From: an uncultured Holophagaceae bacterium
GTDB lineage: Bacteria; Acidobacteriota; Holophagae; Holophagales; Holophagaceae
Length of the DNA stretch: 64,000 nucleotides
Direction of reading: 5' to 3'
Assembly: GCA_903884655.1 (NCBI GenBank)
Contig: CAISFO010000017.1
Coordinates: forward strand, 21,149-85,148
Below, piece by piece: positions 61,396 through 64,000 of the stretch (positions are counted from its first letter, which is position 1; each line of letters opens with the position of its first letter). The notes under the pieces were generated by a model that worked only from the letters and a program-made list of their open reading frames with translations, had not been told where the DNA came from and ran no database searches. A program made the translations under genes and the position numbers.

Positions 61396-62552
61396 CGGGC
61401 CTCCATGAATATTAGGCTTTTATTGGCTTGTTTCAAGCTTGATTCCACCCACCCCGGCAGGATGGCCTGGTCCGGGAAGCGGCGGCGGAGGCGGGCCAGC
61501 ACGGGCTCCAGGCGGTCCAGGCGGGCGTGGAGGGGATCCTGGAAGAGGCCCCGCTCCCGGCCCAGGCCCCAGGCCAGGCGCAGTTCCACCTCCCGCACCA
61601 GGAGGCGCCGGGTGGCCCCCGCCAGGAAGGCCTGCTGCATCCGCCGGGCCAGGGCCAGGGGCGGCGTGGTCAGGTCCTCGGGTGCGGCCCGCCAGGTGTG
61701 GGGCTCGCCGTCCACATCCCACCAGCGCAGCACCAGCTTCCGGGGGCTGCGGGGATCGGACCAGAGCCACTCCAGGCAGCGGGCGGCCAGGGCCACTTCT
61801 TCGGGCAGGCGGGGGGGCTGGAGGCGCCAGCCGTGGCGGGCGTGGCCGGGCCGCTCCGTGAGCAGGGGCAGCTTCGGCCGGTCCTCGCCCCGCACCCGGG
61901 CCCGCAGGTCCGGCGCGAGCTTGGGGTGGGTCAGCTCCGCCAGCACCGGCAGGGGCACGAGCTGCAGGTCGCCGAAGAAGCGCAGGCCCAGGCGGTGGAA
62001 GCGCTCGTGGAGGCGCGGCGCCAGGTCCGGCAGGCGGCGCAAAGGCTGGGGGGCAAGGAAGGTGCTCTCGGAGCCATCCGCCACCAGCTCCAGCTGGTGC
62101 TCGACATGGGCGGCCAGCTGGGCGGCGGTGGCGCTCAGGGACAGGCCCCCGTGGCTGGCCCAGCCGTGCCGCTCGGTCAGCTCCCGGCGCATGCGCTGGG
62201 CCGTGTCCGCCAGGGGTCCGTAGATGCGCTGGGTGCCCTGGAGCTCCACCAGGGCCTCGCCCATGCGCATGAGCTGGCCCTGGGGCGTCCAGTGCTGGAG
62301 GAAGTCGCCCAGGCTGACCTGGGCCTCCCACCAGACCTGGGGCGAGGGGTCCAGCACCCGCAGACCCGGCGCGATCCGCAGGGCCTGGTCCAGGGGCAGC
62401 CCCGGCCCCAGCCCCTCAGCCCGGCCCAGGCGGTTCACGAACCAGAGGCTGGGGGAGCGCGGGCTCTCGGGGTTCAGGAAGGCCAGGGGCCGGTCCCGCA
62501 GGGCCCCGTCCCGGCCACAGGCCAGCTGGAACGGCAGCTCGGGAACCCACAT
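61392..62552 (-). CDS. imuB: ImuB (Y-family polymerase-like, catalytically inactive type)
   Basis: MWVPELPFQLA...RDRPLAF...GLRVL is a Y-family palm/fingers-like N-terminus without the canonical acidic catalytic triad context. It lies upstream of dnaE2. I prefer the start at 62552 (MWVPELPF) over the track start at 62624. Confidence 0.85.
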   Translation of the reverse strand: MWVPELPFQLACGRDGALRDRPLAFLNPESPRSPSLWFVNRLGRAEGLGPGLPLDQALRIAPGLRVLDPSPQVWWEAQVSLGDFLQHWTPQGQLMRMGEALVELQGTQRIYGPLADTAQRMRRELTERHGWASHGGLSLSATAAQLAAHVEHQLELVADGSESTFLAPQPLRRLPDLAPRLHERFHRLGLRFFGDLQLVPLPVLAELTHPKLAPDLRARVRGEDRPKLPLLTERPGHARHGWRLQPPRLPEEVALAARCLEWLWSDPRSPRKLVLRWWDVDGEPHTWRAAPEDLTTPPLALARRMQQAFLAGATRRLLVREVELRLAWGLGRERGLFQDPLHARLDRLEPVLARLRRRFPDQAILPGWVESSLKQANKSLIFMEAR

Positions 62553-62763
62553 CGCCAGCACCGGAACCTCCAGGGGGATCCAAGTATGGCGAAATTTTAG
62601 CGAAATACAAGTCTTCAGGCCCAACCAAGGCGCGTGGGCTTCGCCCGCGCACCAGGTGGATAGCGGGGTCCGGGTTCTTCGTCAGGCCGGGATCAACCGA
62701 ATGCCGCCTCCATTCGTAGCTCCCCCTGGGGTCGGTCGGTGGGCCCCCTATCGAGAGGGGACC

Positions 62764-63414
62764 ATGGGACGTGCCCAGTTCGGGGAAACGGTGGAGGGCT
62801 ATGCGGTACCAGTCCTCAACGAGCGGGAGATCCGCGCGGCGGCGGGGATCCTCTTCCTCGCCACCTTCCTCTCCTTGATGTTCATCCTCTTCCGCGGGAA
62901 CTTCGTCCCCATCAAGGTGGTCATTCCCTTCTTCCTCGGCGACTTCCTGGTCCGGGTCTTCGTCAGCCCCCGATTCGGGCCCACCCTGATCCTGGGCCGG
63001 CTCATCGTCGGCCGGCAGGCGCCGGAATGGGTCGCCGCCGGACCCAAGCAGCTGGCCTGGAGCATCGGCGTGGCCCTGTCGGCGATCATGTTCATCCTGA
63101 TGGTGGTCCTGAACACCTACGGCCCGATCAGCGGCATCACCTGTCTCGTCTGCCTTGTGTTCCTGTTCTTCGAGGCCGCCTTCGGGATCTGCCTCGGCTG
63201 CAAGTTCTACAGCCTAGTGTACCGCGAGAAACCCACCCTCTGCCCCGGCGAGGTGTGCGAAGCCAAGGCCCGTGTGGATGCCCAGAAGACCTCCCTGGCC
63301 CAGCTTCTGGTCCTCCTGGCCGCGGCTGGTCTCGTGATGGCCGGAACGGTGTCCCTCAAGGGAAGGCTTTCCGTACAGCCGCGGCCATTGTTCGCGCCGG
63401 AACAAGGCAGATAA
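62764..63414 (+). CDS. DUF4395 domain membrane protein
   Basis: Start is the ATG at 62764. GYAVPVLNEREIRAAAGILFL..., four TM helices and a C-terminal FGICLGCKFY motif are typical of DUF4395. The upstream part of the track ORF is antisense to imuB. Confidence 0.7.
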   Translation: MGRAQFGETVEGYAVPVLNEREIRAAAGILFLATFLSLMFILFRGNFVPIKVVIPFFLGDFLVRVFVSPRFGPTLILGRLIVGRQAPEWVAAGPKQLAWSIGVALSAIMFILMVVLNTYGPISGITCLVCLVFLFFEAAFGICLGCKFYSLVYREKPTLCPGEVCEAKARVDAQKTSLAQLLVLLAAAGLVMAGTVSLKGRLSVQPRPLFAPEQGR

Positions 63415-63609
63415 GGGCTTCGATGCCGGATTTGAGGTCGGTTACGGCCCTCGGCCTTGATCGTGGCGGACTCGTCACCCCAGGCATCTGCAGGGGATGG
63501 TGGCTTGGGGCCGATCCTGCCTGACCACGTGCCGTGGCCGACTGCGCGTCTCGCCTCTTGTCGATGGCCAGACCTTGCTGCAGGATGGGCCATCCCGAGG
63601 GAGGTGGCG

Positions 63610-64000
63610 ATGTTCGATGCATCCGTGAAAACGCCCTGGCATGTCTGGCTGGTGGGTGTGTTCGCCCTGCTGTTCAACGCCATCGGGGTGTTCGACTTCG
63701 TGATGAACCTGTGGCAGGGCCCAGCCTACCTGGCCAGCACCGGTATGACGCCGGAACAGATCGCCCACTACCGGGCCATGCCGGCATGGATGATGGTGGT
63801 CTGGGCCGTCGGCGTCTTCGGTGCCTTCGGGGCATCGGTCCTGCTGCTGCTGCGCCGCAAGCTGGCAGTGCCGGTCTTCGTGGTGTCGCTGGTGGCGTTC
63901 CTGATCAGCCTGCTCTACACCTACGTGCTGACCAACGGGGGCGCCGTGATGGGTCGGCAGATGGCGATCACCAGCACCGTGATCGCCGTCCTGCTGGTCC
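63610..64000 (+). CDS. Hypothetical multi-TM membrane protein (3' partial, runs off window)
   Basis: This gene is not in the ORF track because no stop falls in the window. The ATG at 63610 is preceded by GGGAGGTGG. My translation MFDASVKTPWHVWLVGVFALLFNAIGVFDFVMNLW...AVPVFVVSLVAFLISLLYTYVL is open to the window end and has GC-rich third codon positions. Confidence 0.55.
   Translation, partial: MFDASVKTPWHVWLVGVFALLFNAIGVFDFVMNLWQGPAYLASTGMTPEQIAHYRAMPAWMMVVWAVGVFGAFGASVLLLLRRKLAVPVFVVSLVAFLISLLYTYVLTNGGAVMGRQMAITSTVIAVLLV

Noticed and set aside
57591-62600. Very long ORF 57591..60965 plus strand (1124 aa), plus 58801..60033, 59627..60784, 60859..62223, 61420..62331 and 61527..62600.
   Set aside because: All overlap dnaE2 or imuB in other frames or on the other strand. 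Their translations are Arg/Gly/Pro/Ala-rich without motifs. DnaE2 and ImuB identities are clear.
1-64000. A search for CRISPR arrays, IS elements, integrases, phage genes or rRNA.
   Set aside because: I saw no direct-repeat arrays, no transposase, integrase or recombinase-like ORFs, and no rRNA-like sequence. The two tRNAs are not flanked by island-like content.

Overview
This is a GC-rich (about two-thirds G+C by eye, not computed), gene-dense bacterial chromosomal segment. I found no transposases, integrases, CRISPR arrays or rRNA. Gene content and protein style suggest an Acidobacteriota (Holophagae/Geothrix-like) or related genome, but that is inference only. Most of the long ORFs in the six-frame track are antisense shadows typical of high-GC DNA. 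I call about 60 real genes, many joined by 1-4 nt start/stop overlaps.

Contents in order:
- TPR protein (5' partial) and smc.
- A pilMNOPQ-like cluster with a chimeric secretin and one pseudopilin.
- tRNA-Leu(CAG), rpsO, a NUDIX hydrolase, tsaC, sdaA, a TPR/TM sensor with a Cys-rich C-terminal module, and nadB.
- A DUF309 protein, yaaA, a DUF3473-type deacetylase and an orphan tolQ/exbB.
- ugd, a stand-alone AtuA C-terminal domain, tatA, tatC, murG and etfBA.
- A DUF1569 protein, a cNMP-FHA protein, a GAF protein, lpxK, and a Liv-type ABC transporter with a fused LivM-LivG.
- tRNA-Gly(CCC) and a hemerythrin.
- A long minus-strand operon: mazG, hypothetical, aroD-aroE fusion, degenerate NtrC-like regulator, MoxR, RodZ-like protein, helical-repeat protein.
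- A YkuD-Mur ligase fusion coupled to a domain-permuted aconitase-family enzyme, then a secreted repeat protein and a long-form isocitrate lyase.
- DUF1292, flgA, flgG, flgF, cspA, a diiron oxygenase-like protein, and a SPOR-NlpC/P60 lipoprotein.
- An imuB - DUF4160 - DUF2442/HTH - dnaE2 - yhhQ operon, a DUF4395 protein, and a 3'-partial membrane protein.

The best candidates for undescribed biology are:
1. The DUF4160 and DUF2442-HTH pair, translationally coupled inside an imuA-less imuB-dnaE2 mutagenesis cassette.
2. The signal-peptide-less YkuD (L,D-transpeptidase fold)-Mur ligase fusion, coupled to a permuted aconitase-like enzyme.
3. The four-gene coupled module: ATPase-dead NtrC-like regulator, MoxR, RodZ-like protein and helical-repeat protein.
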